64,000 bases of DNA from a bacterium (GTDB lineage Bacteria; JADJOY01): the NCBI GenBank assembly GCA_046331705.1, contig JAXLQJ010000042.1, positions 1-64,000 on the forward strand, in the 5' to 3' direction. The notes under the pieces were generated by a model. The model worked only from the letters and a program-made list of their open reading frames with translations. It had not been told where the DNA came from and did not search any database. The first letter of the stretch is position 1; the number at the start of each line of letters is the position of its first letter. The position numbers were made by a program, and so were the translations under genes. Shown in pieces: positions 46,268 through 57,321 of the stretch.

Positions 46268-49200
46268 TTCGCTCTCATCGACACGGTTGCGCGGGCGCAC
46301 GTCTGGCGGCGGCGCTCGTCGCGCTGGCGCTCGTCGGTGGCGCGTCCGGCGAGGCTCGCGCTGCGAGCGTCGTGCTCGACACGTTCGACACCCTCGACGG
46401 CTGGACCACCGCGGCCTCGGAGGGGGCGGAGGTGCGCATCTCGACCGCTCCCGGGCCGAGCGGCAACGCGATGCGCATCGACTACGACCTGAGCCGCGGG
46501 CGCGGCTACGTGATTCTGCGCAAGGCTTTCCCGCTCGAGCTCCCGTCGAACTACGCCATCAGCTTCAAGCTGCGCGGCGAAGGCCTGCACAACGACTTCG
46601 AGCTCAAGCTCGTCGACCCCACCGGGCAACGCGTGTGGTGGCGCAAGCAGCGCGATTATTCCTTCCCGGTCGAATGGCAGCGGGTGGTGGTGCGGCGCTC
46701 GCGGCTCGAGTTCGCCTGGGGAACCACCAACGCGGACCTCACGCAGCTCGGCTCGCTCGAGCTCGCGATCGTGGCGAGCGACGGCGGCAAGGGGACCGTC
46801 TGGATCGACGACCTCGCCTTCGAGAAGCGCGAGCCCACCGCGGCCGAGCGACCCGCGCCCAGCGTGAGCCCCTCGTCGTTTCGCGAGGGCTTCGAGGGCG
46901 CGAAGCTGCTCGACGGCGCGCTCGACACGGCGTGGAAGAGCAAGCCGTTGCCCCGCGAGCAGCAGGTGACGATCGACTTCGGAACGAACCTCGAATACGG
47001 CGGCTTGATCCTCGACTGGGATCGCGACGACTACGCCACCACCTACCAGATCGAAACTTCGAGCGACGGCAACGAGTGGACGCCCGCGTTCCGCACCACC
47101 ACGGGCGACGGCGGGCGCGTCTACGTGTACATGCCGGACGCCGAATCGCGCTTTCTGCGGGTCGCGATGCAGCGCTCGAGCCGCGCACGCGGTTACGGCA
47201 TCCGCGAGCTCGCCGTCCAGCCGTACTCGTTCTCCGCGTCGCCCAACCAGTTCTTCGAGGCGATCGCCGCGGAAGCGCCTGCGGGCACGTATCCGCGCTA
47301 TTTCCAGGGCAAACAGACCTACTGGACGGTGATCGGCGTTCCCGAGGACAGCAAGGAAGCGCTGCTCAACACCGACGGCATGCTGGAGCTCGGCCGCGGC
47401 GAGCTCTCCATCGAGCCGATCCTGCGCACCGACTCGGGCCCGATCACCTGGGCCCAGGCGGACCTCACCCAAACGCTCGCCGACGGCTATCTGCCGATTC
47501 CATCCGTCACGTGGCGCACCGCGGATCTGACCCTCACGGTCACGGCGGTGGCTGCTGGCGAGGCCGGTCACGCCGTCCTCTACGCCCGCTACCGCGTGGA
47601 GAACCACGGCGCCGACGATGCGCCACTCGCGCTCTTCCTGGCCATGCGGCCATTCCAGGTCCTACCGCCGTGGCAGAACCTGAACATGTCGGGCGGTGTC
47701 GCCCACGTGCAGGAGGTGCGCTTCGAGGGTACGGCGGCGCACATCAACGGCAACGTCGTGATGCCGCTCACGCCGCCCGATCGTTTCGGCGCGGCGAGCT
47801 TCGAGCAAGGCACCATCACCCGCTACGTCCTCGCCGGCGAGATCCCGGCGCAGCCCACGGCGTACGATCCGTTCGGCCTCGCGTCCGCCGCGTACCAGTA
47901 CAACCTCTACCTCGCGCCGGGCACCTCCACCGAGGTGGACGTCGCCGTGCCCTTCGACCCCAAGGCGGACGGCCGTGACGTGGCGGCGCGCGGCTTCGAC
48001 CAGGCGCTCGCGCAGACCGCGGACCGTTGGCGGCGCCTCCTCGATCGCGTCCAGCTGGACGTGCCCGAGAGCGCCCGCGAGGACGCGAACGCAGCCAAGA
48101 GCACCCTCGCCTACCTGCTGATCAATCGCGACGGTCCGGCGATCCAACCTGGATCGCGCACCTACCAGCGCTCGTGGATCCGCGACGGCGCGATCAGCTC
48201 GGCGGCGCTGCTGCGCGCCGGCTTTACCGAGGAGGTCCGCTCGTTCCTGCGTTGGTATGCGAGCTTCCAGGCGCCCGACGGCATGATCCCGTGCTGCGTC
48301 GACCGCCGCGGCGCGGATCTCACCGCCGAGCACGACAGCGCGGGCGCGTTCATCCACACGCTCGCGGACTACTACCGCTTCACCCGCGACGTCGGCTTCG
48401 TGTTCGAGCTCTGGCCGAACGTGATCCGCGCCGTCGACTACATGGCCAACCTGCGCGCGACCCAGATGACGGATGCCTTCCGCACTCCCGACAAGATCGA
48501 TCGCTTCGGGCTTCTGCCCGAGTCGATCAGCCACGAGGGCTACTCGGCCCACGCCGTCCACTCGTACTGGGACGACTTCTTCGCCCTGCGCGGCCTCAGC
48601 GACGCCGCCGAGCTGGCACCGGTGCTCGGGGACGACCAGAACGCGCTTCGCTTCGGCGAGCTTCGCGATTCGTTCCGCGAGACGCTGCTCGCGTCCATCC
48701 ACCACACCGTCGAGCGCCAGAGCCTCGCGTACCTGCCCGGCTCGGTCGAGCTCGGCGATTTCGATCCCACCTCCACCGCCATCGCGCTGGTGCTCGATCT
48801 CGACCTCGGCGACGAGGTCGGCGCGCTGATCGGCCGCACGCTCGACCGCTACGTGAGCGAGGTGCGCCATCGCTTCTCCACCGGTGACTGGGACGCCTTC
48901 TCGCCCTACGAGCTACGCAACGTGGCGGCGCTGACCCGGCTCGGCAGGCGCGCGGACGCCACCGCGTTGCTCGATCAGCTCCTGCGCTATCGCCGGCCGA
49001 TCGCCTGGAACGAGTGGGCCGAGATCGTGTGGCGCGACGCCGACGCGCCGCGCTTCATCGGCGACATGCCGCACACCTGGGTGGGTGCCGGCTATGCGAA
49101 CGCGCTACGCGATCTCTTCGCCTACGAGCGCGGCGCGGATCGAGCCCTCGTGCTCGGCGCGGGGCTGCCGCCGGAGTGGGTGTCCAGCGATGGCGGCATC

Positions 49201-49443
49201 GACGTCCGGCGCATGCCGACCTTCTACGGACCGCTCAGCTATTCGATGAAGGCCGAGTCGGCCAACCGCGTGCGGGTTCGGATCCAACCCACCGTCTCGA
49301 TGCCGCCGGGCAAGATCGTGGTCGCGTCGCCGCTCGACCGCCCCATCCGCGGCGTCGAGGCCCGCCGGCCCGGCGTGCGTGCCGTCGAGAACGACCGCCT
49401 GGTGATCGACCAGCTCCCCGCGGACTTCGTCGTCACCTTCTGA
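46264..49443 (+). CDS. secreted CBM-like + discoidin (F5/8C) + (alpha/alpha)6 glycoside-hydrolase-like protein
   Basis: Signal peptide, beta-sandwich N-domain, LDG..DTAW.S / IDFG....GGL F5/8C domain, and barrel motifs RSWIRDG, EHDS, PESISHEGY, YWDDFF, W.EWAE, GDMPH.W. Start overlaps the permease stop. Confidence 0.82.
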   Translation: MIRSHRHGCAGARLAAALVALALVGGASGEARAASVVLDTFDTLDGWTTAASEGAEVRISTAPGPSGNAMRIDYDLSRGRGYVILRKAFPLELPSNYAISFKLRGEGLHNDFELKLVDPTGQRVWWRKQRDYSFPVEWQRVVVRRSRLEFAWGTTNADLTQLGSLELAIVASDGGKGTVWIDDLAFEKREPTAAERPAPSVSPSSFREGFEGAKLLDGALDTAWKSKPLPREQQVTIDFGTNLEYGGLILDWDRDDYATTYQIETSSDGNEWTPAFRTTTGDGGRVYVYMPDAESRFLRVAMQRSSRARGYGIRELAVQPYSFSASPNQFFEAIAAEAPAGTYPRYFQGKQTYWTVIGVPEDSKEALLNTDGMLELGRGELSIEPILRTDSGPITWAQADLTQTLADGYLPIPSVTWRTADLTLTVTAVAAGEAGHAVLYARYRVENHGADDAPLALFLAMRPFQVLPPWQNLNMSGGVAHVQEVRFEGTAAHINGNVVMPLTPPDRFGAASFEQGTITRYVLAGEIPAQPTAYDPFGLASAAYQYNLYLAPGTSTEVDVAVPFDPKADGRDVAARGFDQALAQTADRWRRLLDRVQLDVPESAREDANAAKSTLAYLLINRDGPAIQPGSRTYQRSWIRDGAISSAALLRAGFTEEVRSFLRWYASFQAPDGMIPCCVDRRGADLTAEHDSAGAFIHTLADYYRFTRDVGFVFELWPNVIRAVDYMANLRATQMTDAFRTPDKIDRFGLLPESISHEGYSAHAVHSYWDDFFALRGLSDAAELAPVLGDDQNALRFGELRDSFRETLLASIHHTVERQSLAYLPGSVELGDFDPTSTAIALVLDLDLGDEVGALIGRTLDRYVSEVRHRFSTGDWDAFSPYELRNVAALTRLGRRADATALLDQLLRYRRPIAWNEWAEIVWRDADAPRFIGDMPHTWVGAGYANALRDLFAYERGADRALVLGAGLPPEWVSSDGGIDVRRMPTFYGPLSYSMKAESANRVRVRIQPTVSMPPGKIVVASPLDRPIRGVEARRPGVRAVENDRLVIDQLPADFVVTF

Positions 49444-49540
49444 TGGATCGCGCGTCCGCCCAGCGCCCGCGCTCCATCGATTCCCGTCGAGGGCTCGCCG
49501 CGTCGCACGCCGCGCCCTCGCCACGATCCCGAGGTGCCCG

Positions 49541-52500
49541 ATGACCGAACCGACCGCGATGCCGCGTCTCGATCGCCTTCAGGATGGGTTCCCGCACGGC
49601 CGCGTGCTCTCGAACGGTCGCATGCAAACCCTCGTCACCGGCGCGGGTGCGGGCTTCACGACCTGGGACGGCCTCGCGCTCACCGGCTGGTCGGGCGACC
49701 GCACCTGCGACGACGAGGGGACCTTCGTCTTCTGCCGCGACGTCCACACGGGACGCGTGTGGTCGCTCGGCGCGCGGCCGGTGCCGAGCTGCCCCGATGC
49801 GTACGTCGTCACGGGCGTGCCAGGATGCGTGCGTTTCGAGCGCGAGGACGGCGAGCTCGAGGCGGTCTGCGAGATCGCGATCGCGCCCGAGGACGACGTC
49901 GAGCTGCGGCGGGTGCGGATCGCCAACCGCGGCGAGCGGCCGCGCCGGCTCGAGCTCACCACCTACCTCGAGGTGGTCATCCACCATCCCGGGGCGCACG
50001 CCGCCCATCCCGTCTTCTCGCGCCTCTTCGTGGCGACCGAGTGGGACGCCGCGGCCCAGACGCTGCTGGCGCGGCGGCGCCCCTACTCGCCCGGTGCGCG
50101 AGCGCCATGGCTCGCGCAGGCCTGGGTGGGACCCGGCACGCTCGAGATCGAGACCGACCGCAAGCGATTCCTCGGCAGAGGTGGAGACCGCGCCGCGCCA
50201 CGCGCCATCGTCGCCGGCATCCCGCTCTCCGGCTCCGTCGGCAGCGTGCTGGATCCGGTGTTCGCGATCCGCCGCACCGTCGACGTGGGGGCGGGTGAAA
50301 CCGTGGAGCTCGCGTCGCTGGTGGCGGCGGCGAACGACCGTGAAAGCGCGCTGGCGCAGCTCGGCCGGCTCGTCGACCCTTCTCGCTGGTCGGGCGTCTT
50401 CGAGGCGGCCGCTCAGCAGGAGCTCGAGCGCCTCGACCGGCTCGGCGCGAGCACCCGTGACGCGGATTTTCTCCACGAGCTCGCGACGGCGCTGCTCTAC
50501 GGCCGAGTCGCCGCACCCGCGCACACACCCGCCGCTTCGCCGCCGATGCGCGCCGCCCAGGCACGCGCCTATTGGAACGCGCTGGGCCTCGCCGTTCCGG
50601 TTGGCGACGACGTCGTCGACGCGGTGGGCGCGGAGCTCGCTGCAGCGCACGCGACCACGAGCTACCCCAGCGGCGCCGGGAGCGCGGCGGTGCCGTCGCA
50701 CGCCGCGGTCTCGGCCACCGTCGCCGCGACCGTCGCCGCGACCGAGCCGCTCGCCTTCGACAACGGCTACGGCGGCTTCTCCGAGTCAGGCGACGAATAC
50801 GTGATCCGCATCGTCCCGGACGGTGGCCACGCGGGGCTGCCGCCGCTCCCGTGGATCAACGCGATCTCGAACGCGCATTTCGGCTGCCTCGTGACCGAGT
50901 CCGGCGCCGGCTACACCTGGAGTCGCAACTCCCGCGAGCACCGGCTCACGCCGTGGTCGAACGATCCGGTGAGCGACCCGCACGGCGAGGCGCTCTACGT
51001 CCGCGACGATTCGAACGGACGGCTGTGGTCGCCCTGTCCCGGTCCGGTCGTCTCCGCCGAACCGTGCGAGGTGCGCCACGGCTTCGGTTACACGCGTTTC
51101 CGCCGCGAGGTCGAGGGCCTCGCCCACGAGCTGACGGTCTTCGTCGCCCGCGACGCGCCGGTGAAGATCGCTTGGCTCGCGATCCACAACGCCGGCGACT
51201 CCCCGCGCGCCGTGACGGTGTCGAGCTACGCGCGCTTCGTCCTCGGCGTGTTGCCGAGCGACACCGTGCGCGCCGTGGTCACGAGCCTCGACGAGTCGAG
51301 CGGCGCGATCGTCGCACGCAATCCGGCCAGCCCGGATTTCGCCGATGGCTACACCTTCGCCGCCGTCGTCACCGACGCCGCGGTCGGATCGATCACCTGC
51401 ACGGGTGATCGCACGGCATTCCTCGGCCGCAACGGTTCCGTGTCCGCGCCCGCTGCCGTCGTCGCGCCTCACGGCGCTCTCGACGGCCGCACGGGCGCGG
51501 GCCTCGATCCGTGCGCCGCGTTCCGCGTGCCCATCCAGGTCCCCGCGCACGGCGGCGCGACACTCGCATTCCTCCTCGGCGAGACCACGGATCTCGACGA
51601 CGCACGCGCGCTGATCGCGAGCCTGAGCGAGCCCGGCGCCGTGCGCGCCGCCTTCGAGGAGGCGCGCTCCGAGTGGCACCACATGGTCTCCGCCGTGCGC
51701 GTGCGCACACCCGCTCCCGCCATCGACCGCATGCTGAGCGGCTGGCTCGCATACCAGACGCTCTCGTGCCGGCTGTGGGGTCGCTCCGCCTTCTATCAAT
51801 CGGGCGGCGCCTTCGGATTCCGCGATCAGCTCCAGGACAGCGCGGGCTTGCTTCATCATCGTCCCGGGCTGACTCGCGCCCAGATCCTGCTTCACGCGGG
51901 TCATCAATTCCGCGAAGGCGACGTGCTCCACTGGTGGCATCCACCCAAGGATCGCGGCACACGCACCCGCTTCTCCGACGATCTGGTGTGGCTGCCGTAC
52001 GTGACCGCGACGTACGTCCACGCCACCGGCGACGCGAGCGTGCTCGACGAGACGGCGCCGTTCCTGAGCCAGCGCGGCTGCTCGAGCCCGGCGAGGACGA
52101 GACGTATCTGGAGCCCGCGGACTCGGGCGAGTCCGCATCCGTCTACGAGCACTGCTGCCGGGTGCTCGATCGCTCGCTCACCCGCGGCGCGCACGGCCTG
52201 CCGCTCATGGGCACCGGCGACTGGAACGACGGCATGAATCGCGTCGGCCGCGAGGGTCGTGGCGAGAGCGTGTGGCTGGCGTTCTTCCTGGTCCACGTCA
52301 TCGACGCCTTCGCGCCGCTCGCCGAGGCGGCGCGGCGAGGGCGAGCGCGCGGCGCGATATCGCGCCTATCGGGACGAGCTTCGCCGCGCCATCGAGGCAC
52401 ACACCTGGGACGGTGCCTGGTACCGACGCGCGTACTACGACGACGGCACGCCGCTCGGCCGGGCCGCCGACGACGAGTGCCGCATCGACGCGCTGGCCCA

Positions 52501-53201
52501 GGCGTGGGCGGTGATCTCGGGCGTCGCCCCGCGCGAGCGCGCCGAGGCCGCGCTGGACGCGGTGGAACGCGAGCTGGTGCTCGACGATCCCGGCATGATC
52601 CGCCTGCTCACGCCTCCTTTCGACAAGACCGCGCGCGAGCCGGGCTACATCAAGGGGTACCTACCGGGGATCCGCGAGAACGGCGGCCAGTACACCCATG
52701 CCGCGCTGTGGGTGGTGCGCGCCCTCGCCGAGCTGGGCGCCGCGAGCGGGCCGTCGAGCTCTTCACCAAGCTCATTCCGTCCATCACGGACGGGATCGCG
52801 CCGCCGTGGACGTGTACCAGGTGGAGCCCTACGTGGTCGTGGCGGACATCTACGGCGTCGAGCCCCACGTCGGTCGCGGCGGCTGGACCTGGTACACGTG
52901 CCTGTCCGGCTGGATGCTGCGGGTGGGGCTGGAATCGATCCTCGGGCTCACCGTCGAGAACGGCTGCACGCTGGTGCTGGCGCCGCGCGTCCCCGACCTC
53001 GGGCCCAGATACGCGATCGATTGGCGCGCGCCGGATGGGCGAACGAGCTACGCGATCGAGGTCGCGAACCCCACGGGACGTGCGGCGCAGGTGGTGGCGG
53101 TGGCGCTCGACGGCGCAGCGCTCGACGTCGTCGCCGGTGCGGCGCGCATCCCCATCGCACGCGACGGCGCCACACATCGCGTCCAGGTGACGCTCGGTTG
53201 A
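49541..53201 (+). CDS. GH94 NdvB/Cgs C-terminal-like beta-1,2-oligoglucan phosphorylase (frameshifted as sequenced)
   Basis: Two GH94N sandwiches (LSNGR..; PWIN.ISN..FG), FYQSGGAFGFRDQLQD, HWWHP, GDWNDGMN, ENGGQYTHAA, EPYV..ADIY and GRGGWTWYT. Four frame changes at ~52070, ~52330, ~52738 and ~52778. Confidence 0.85.
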
Positions 53202-53243
53202 GCGCGAGCGCACACGCTCGCACGCACGAGGAGGTGTCGAACG

Positions 53244-53785
53244 ATGCCCAATCCAACGACCGGCCGGCGGCGCCGCCGTGCAGCGATCACCCTGGTTCTG
53301 GCAATGGCGTGCGCCTCCGGCGCCGCGCGCGCCAGCGACGACGCCCACACCCGTGTGACCGGAACGGTGCGCGTGGCCGCGCGTGAGCTGCCTGCCCAGA
53401 TCCGCGTGCTCTGCGACGACCCGCGCCAGCCCGAGATCCAGCTCGCCGTGGTCTTCGCAAGCGGCGCCGAGGCTGCCGGCCCGACGCCCTGTTCCTGTTC
53501 GGCGTCTTCGAAGGACCCGACGGCAAACCCGCGCCCATCGCCATCCAGATCACGCCCCCGAACGGCAAGCCGTGGAAGGCGTCCTACACCTCGTCGGCGG
53601 GCTGGTTCGGCGTCGAGAACGAATACCTCTTCAGCCTCAAACCTGCCGACGGCAAGGCCTTCCTGAAGCACGCAGCCGCGGCGAAGACCGTCACGGTGAC
53701 GATCGCCTCGCAGCAGGCGACGCTGGCGTTCACCTTCGCCGACGCCAGCGAATCGCTCGCCAAGGCCGCTGCCGCCTGCCGCTGA
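53244..53785 (+). CDS. secreted hypothetical protein (frameshift near 53490)
   Basis: GAGGAGG SD and signal peptide. Protein-like sequence continues in another frame (FEGPDGKPAPIAIQITPPNGKPWKASY...LAKAAAACR*) to TGA 53785. Confidence 0.6.
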
Positions 53786-53797
53786 TCCGCGCGACGG

Positions 53798-55858
53798 TCA
53801 CGGTGGCGCGGACGAGAGCACCACGCCTTCGGCGAGGTCGCCGACCAGCGTCGCAACCGTCACCACCGGGACTCCGCTCGGCCTCGCCGCTGACTGCGCG
53901 CAGCAGCGCGGGATCGTGGCGGCGATGGTTCCAGGCGAGCTCGACGCGCAGCGGTCCGCTCGCCGCCGCGGCGGGCAGCACGATCTCGTCCACGCGTGCG
54001 TTTCGCGCGGGGATCTCGCCCAGCCGCCCCAGGCGCGCCACGGCCACAGGCGGTGATCGGTGATCGCCATGCCTTCGGCGTCCCACAGGCGCTTTCCCAG
54101 TCGAACGCCGTCCTCGGGACCGTCGAAGCCGCGATTCACGAGCTCGCGCCCATCGGCAGCGCGGACGCGGATCGCGAGCCAGGTCTGGGTGAGATCGTTC
54201 GGGCCCTCGGCGAACGCATGACCGACCCGCTCGGTGGCGCGCGTCTCGATGCGCACGATCGGCTGGCCCGCGCGGGTCCCGAGCGTGGCGGTCAGGCGGA
54301 CCAGCGGCAGCGCCGCCGCGGGCGGCTCGGAGACCGCGCCCCGTGCGGGTATCGGCAGGTTGCCCTTCAGGTGGGCGACCACGTCCGCCTCGGCCGCTTC
54401 GCCGCCGGCGATGCGAGCGACGTAGGTGCTGCCGCCCAGGAATCGATGGTCGAGGACCACGTAGCCCTCGAACGCGTAGAAGCGCGGCATGTGGCAGCGC
54501 TGGCAGCTCGCGCGGTCGAGGGCACCAGCCGCGTTCTCCCAGCTCCCGTATTGGTCCTGGACCACGTCGTGGAGACGGCCCCCGGTCGCCTCGCCGAGCG
54601 TCTGGAAATGACACGGACGGCAGCTCACCGGCGCCGCCAGCGCCGCGCGGAACTCGCGGCGGTGCAATCCGATGCGGCTCGAGACCAGCACGCTCGGGAC
54701 CTCGGACGTGCCCCGGAGGAAGGCGGGAAAGGAACCCGAGAGCTCGCTCAGGAAGCGGCGGCCCGCGCCGGAAAGCGGCGTGACCGCGATCGGCAGCGGA
54801 CCGTCTCCCGCGCTCGCGACCCTGCGATGACAGCTCACGCAATGCACGCCGGCGGCGTACCCCTCGCTCGCGATCGCCGCCTCGACTCCCACCCGCCGCG
54901 GATCGGCCGCGTGCGGCGCATGGCATTGCAGGCATTCGACCACCGCCGCACCGCCGCGCGCGGCGGCGAGGCGACGCACCATGCCCGTGAAGAGCGGATT
55001 CCGCGCCGCGTACGCATGCGTCGAGACGCGCCACGTCTCCGAGACCGAGATGTGGCAGCCGTCACACGCGTCCGGAACGATGGCGGCGAAGTCCTTCCCC
55101 GCGTTGACCAGCGCGTCGGGATCGCCGACGAGCGGCTCGATCACGCGCGACTGCCGCCACACGAACGAGGCCACGAGCGCGAGCGCCAGCGCCGCCACCG
55201 GCGCGGCCACGCGGACGAGCGGCGCGCGCCACGCGAACACACGCCCGGCGGACTCGCCTCCGACGCGCGCTCGGCGGCGTGATCCCAGCACGTGCAATCC
55301 ACCGGCGGCGAGCACCAACCCCGCCGTGATGACGTGGATGTACCAGAGCCCGTTGGCCGCGATGCCGCCGACCGTGAGGAGGCCCGCCAGGCTGCCGACC
55401 ACCCCGAGCGCCACCAGCAAGAGTCCCGTCGCCGTCGACGCTCTCACCCCACGCCGCAGCGCGCGAACGGCGAGCACGATCACGTAGCCGAGGAGCAGCA
55501 GCGCGATCACCCGATTGTGCAAGTTCGCGGCGGCGCGCTGCTCGGCGGTGATGACGCGCCGGCCTGCGGGATAAGCGAACAGGCTCACGATCAGCACCAG
55601 GCCGACCGGGAGGATCCACGGCAGCCTGCGCGCGCTGCGAACGCTGGGGCCGAAGACCTCCACCACGTGGACGAGGACGTAGAGCCCCACCCACGGCAAC
55701 AGCGCCACGCCCAGGGCGCCGTGGGCGAGCTGAATCAACTGCACCCACGGCGGCGGCTCGCGAACGAGAAGCGTGCCCACACCCGTCGTCGCGACCACGA
55801 CGAAGATCCCCGCGACCACTCCGCGCAGCCGCCCTTCCCAGCTCATTCGCTCGTGCAT
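53798..55858 (-). CDS. membrane-anchored multiheme c-type cytochrome (c554-like, 5 CxxCH)
   Basis: CDGCH, CLQCH, CVSCH, CRPCH and CQRCH, W..S.HA.A..NP motif, about 7 N-terminal TMs. Probable compensating frameshifts near 54045 and 53880. Confidence 0.8.
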   Translation of the reverse strand: MHERMSWEGRLRGVVAGIFVVVATTGVGTLLVREPPPWVQLIQLAHGALGVALLPWVGLYVLVHVVEVFGPSVRSARRLPWILPVGLVLIVSLFAYPAGRRVITAEQRAAANLHNRVIALLLLGYVIVLAVRALRRGVRASTATGLLLVALGVVGSLAGLLTVGGIAANGLWYIHVITAGLVLAAGGLHVLGSRRRARVGGESAGRVFAWRAPLVRVAAPVAALALALVASFVWRQSRVIEPLVGDPDALVNAGKDFAAIVPDACDGCHISVSETWRVSTHAYAARNPLFTGMVRRLAAARGGAAVVECLQCHAPHAADPRRVGVEAAIASEGYAAGVHCVSCHRRVASAGDGPLPIAVTPLSGAGRRFLSELSGSFPAFLRGTSEVPSVLVSSRIGLHRREFRAALAAPVSCRPCHFQTLGEATGGRLHDVVQDQYGSWENAAGALDRASCQRCHMPRFYAFEGYVVLDHRFLGGSTYVARIAGGEAAEADVVAHLKGNLPIPARGAVSEPPAAALPLVRLTATLGTRAGQPIVRIETRATERVGHAFAEGPNDLTQTWLAIRVRAADGRELVNRGFDGPEDGVRLGKRLWDAEGMAITDHRLWPWRAWGGWARSPRETHAWTRSCCPPRRRADRCASSSPGTIAATIPRCCAQSAARPSGVPVVTVATLVGDLAEGVVLSSAPP

Positions 55859-55998
55859 GGCGCGCTCGGATTCTAGATGAAGGCGTCGCGCGTTGGATCG
55901 ACGGACCCGACCGACGAGCGCGACACGCACGTCACGAGCTGCACGGCGTCGCGGCGGCGCAGCGAGTCACGCCCACGCCGCCACGCGCCCGGGACGAC

Positions 55999-57321
55999 TC
56001 AGCCCGGCGCGTGCGACGCCGCTTCGCGCGCCTCCGCGGGCTCCCACCACCGATCGGGCGGAATCCGAACCCGATAGGCGCCGCAGAAGTCGGTGAAATA
56101 GAGGTAGGCGCTCGGCTCGTCGAAGATCAGCGCGTGCACCTTCTGACAGGTGGGCAACGTCGCGACCTCCGTCCACGTGGCGTCCGGGTTCGGGCTCAGG
56201 AACGAGATGCGCCGGCCCGCGTAGGCGCCGACGGCCGCGAGCCCGGCGGTCGGCAGATAGGTCACCGGCCGCGGCATCCCGAGAATCGGCGTCACCGCCT
56301 TCACCTCGAGCGTCCGATCGTCGATCGAGAAGAGCTGATTGGCGAAGGAGTTCGTGAGCAATACCTGCCCGAGGGGGCCGGCCGTCGCGATCCCCCAATG
56401 CCAGATGCGGATGCCGTCGCCGTAGCGCAACGTGCCGTAACGCACGTCGAGCTCGACGATCGAACGCGACGAAGCCTCGCCGCGGCCGTAGATCACCGGA
56501 CGCGTCGGGTGCCGCGCCAGCTCCTCGAGCCCCTCGATCGGCACGCGCCAGCTGCGCAGCGGCGGCTCACCCGCCAGGAACCGCTCCGGGGTCGTCTGCT
56601 CGATCCCCTTGTCGTGCTCGTGGCGCGGGCGAAGGATGAGGAAGAGCCCGAGCCCCGGAAAGTGGAACGACCGGTAATACGGCGTCTGCTCGTCGCGCAC
56701 GCTCCACGTGCTCGTCGCCGGGTCGAGGATGTAGGTGCGCGACTGGACCCCGCCCACCGATTCGTCGATCTCTTCCCACTCGTGTGCGATCGCCGCGCCG
56801 CCGGGCAGCCCGGTCGTGAAGATCACGTGCGAGCTCGCCGTGGGCGTGAAGAACGAGCGACCGTCGGGGCGGATGACCGCCAGGCCGCGGGCCTCGTGGG
56901 GCGTATGACCATGGGTGACGATCACCGTGCCGTCGTCGCCCAGCGCGATGCCGTAAGCGCCGCGGCGCGACGAGAGCGTCTCGACCGCGAGCCTCTCGCT
57001 GTGACGCGGTGCCCGCAAGATCGGCGAGTACGCCGGCACCGCGTAGAGCGCCAAGACCCCATACGAACCCAGCGCCACCCAGCGCCGCCGGCCGCGTCGG
57101 ATCGCCCCGATCGCCGCCGCCGCGAACAGCACACCGGCGAGCGTGCCCCAGTACGAGATCACGAGCTGCACGCAGATGGGAGTCGCCAGCAGACCCCCGA
57201 GGCCGAAGCAGGCGTCCACGAACCGGCCGATGGGCCGATCGAGCCACGGCCGCGCCAGCGCGAGCAGCCGGCGCGCTCGCAGCCGCAGCGCTTCGACGCG
57301 AGCGCCGCCGGCGAGGCTCAC
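55999..57321 (-). CDS. membrane-anchored beta-propeller (YncE-like) hypothetical protein
   Basis: Three N-terminal TMs then blade-like repeats (YGIALG, WGIATA, PRPVTY, VHALIFD). Start uncertain. Confidence 0.62.
   Translation of the reverse strand: MSLAGGARVEALRLRARRLLALARPWLDRPIGRFVDACFGLGGLLATPICVQLVISYWGTLAGVLFAAAAIGAIRRGRRRWVALGSYGVLALYAVPAYSPILRAPRHSERLAVETLSSRRGAYGIALGDDGTVIVTHGHTPHEARGLAVIRPDGRSFFTPTASSHVIFTTGLPGGAAIAHEWEEIDESVGGVQSRTYILDPATSTWSVRDEQTPYYRSFHFPGLGLFLILRPRHEHDKGIEQTTPERFLAGEPPLRSWRVPIEGLEELARHPTRPVIYGRGEASSRSIVELDVRYGTLRYGDGIRIWHWGIATAGPLGQVLLTNSFANQLFSIDDRTLEVKAVTPILGMPRPVTYLPTAGLAAVGAYAGRRISFLSPNPDATWTEVATLPTCQKVHALIFDEPSAYLYFTDFCGAYRVRIPPDRWWEPAEAREAASHAPG

Noticed and set aside
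49541-53201. GH94 as a programmed-frameshift gene or certain pseudogene
   Set aside because: No slippery sequence is evident, and multiple indels also affect neighbouring genes, so sequencing error is more parsimonious. Unresolved without reads.
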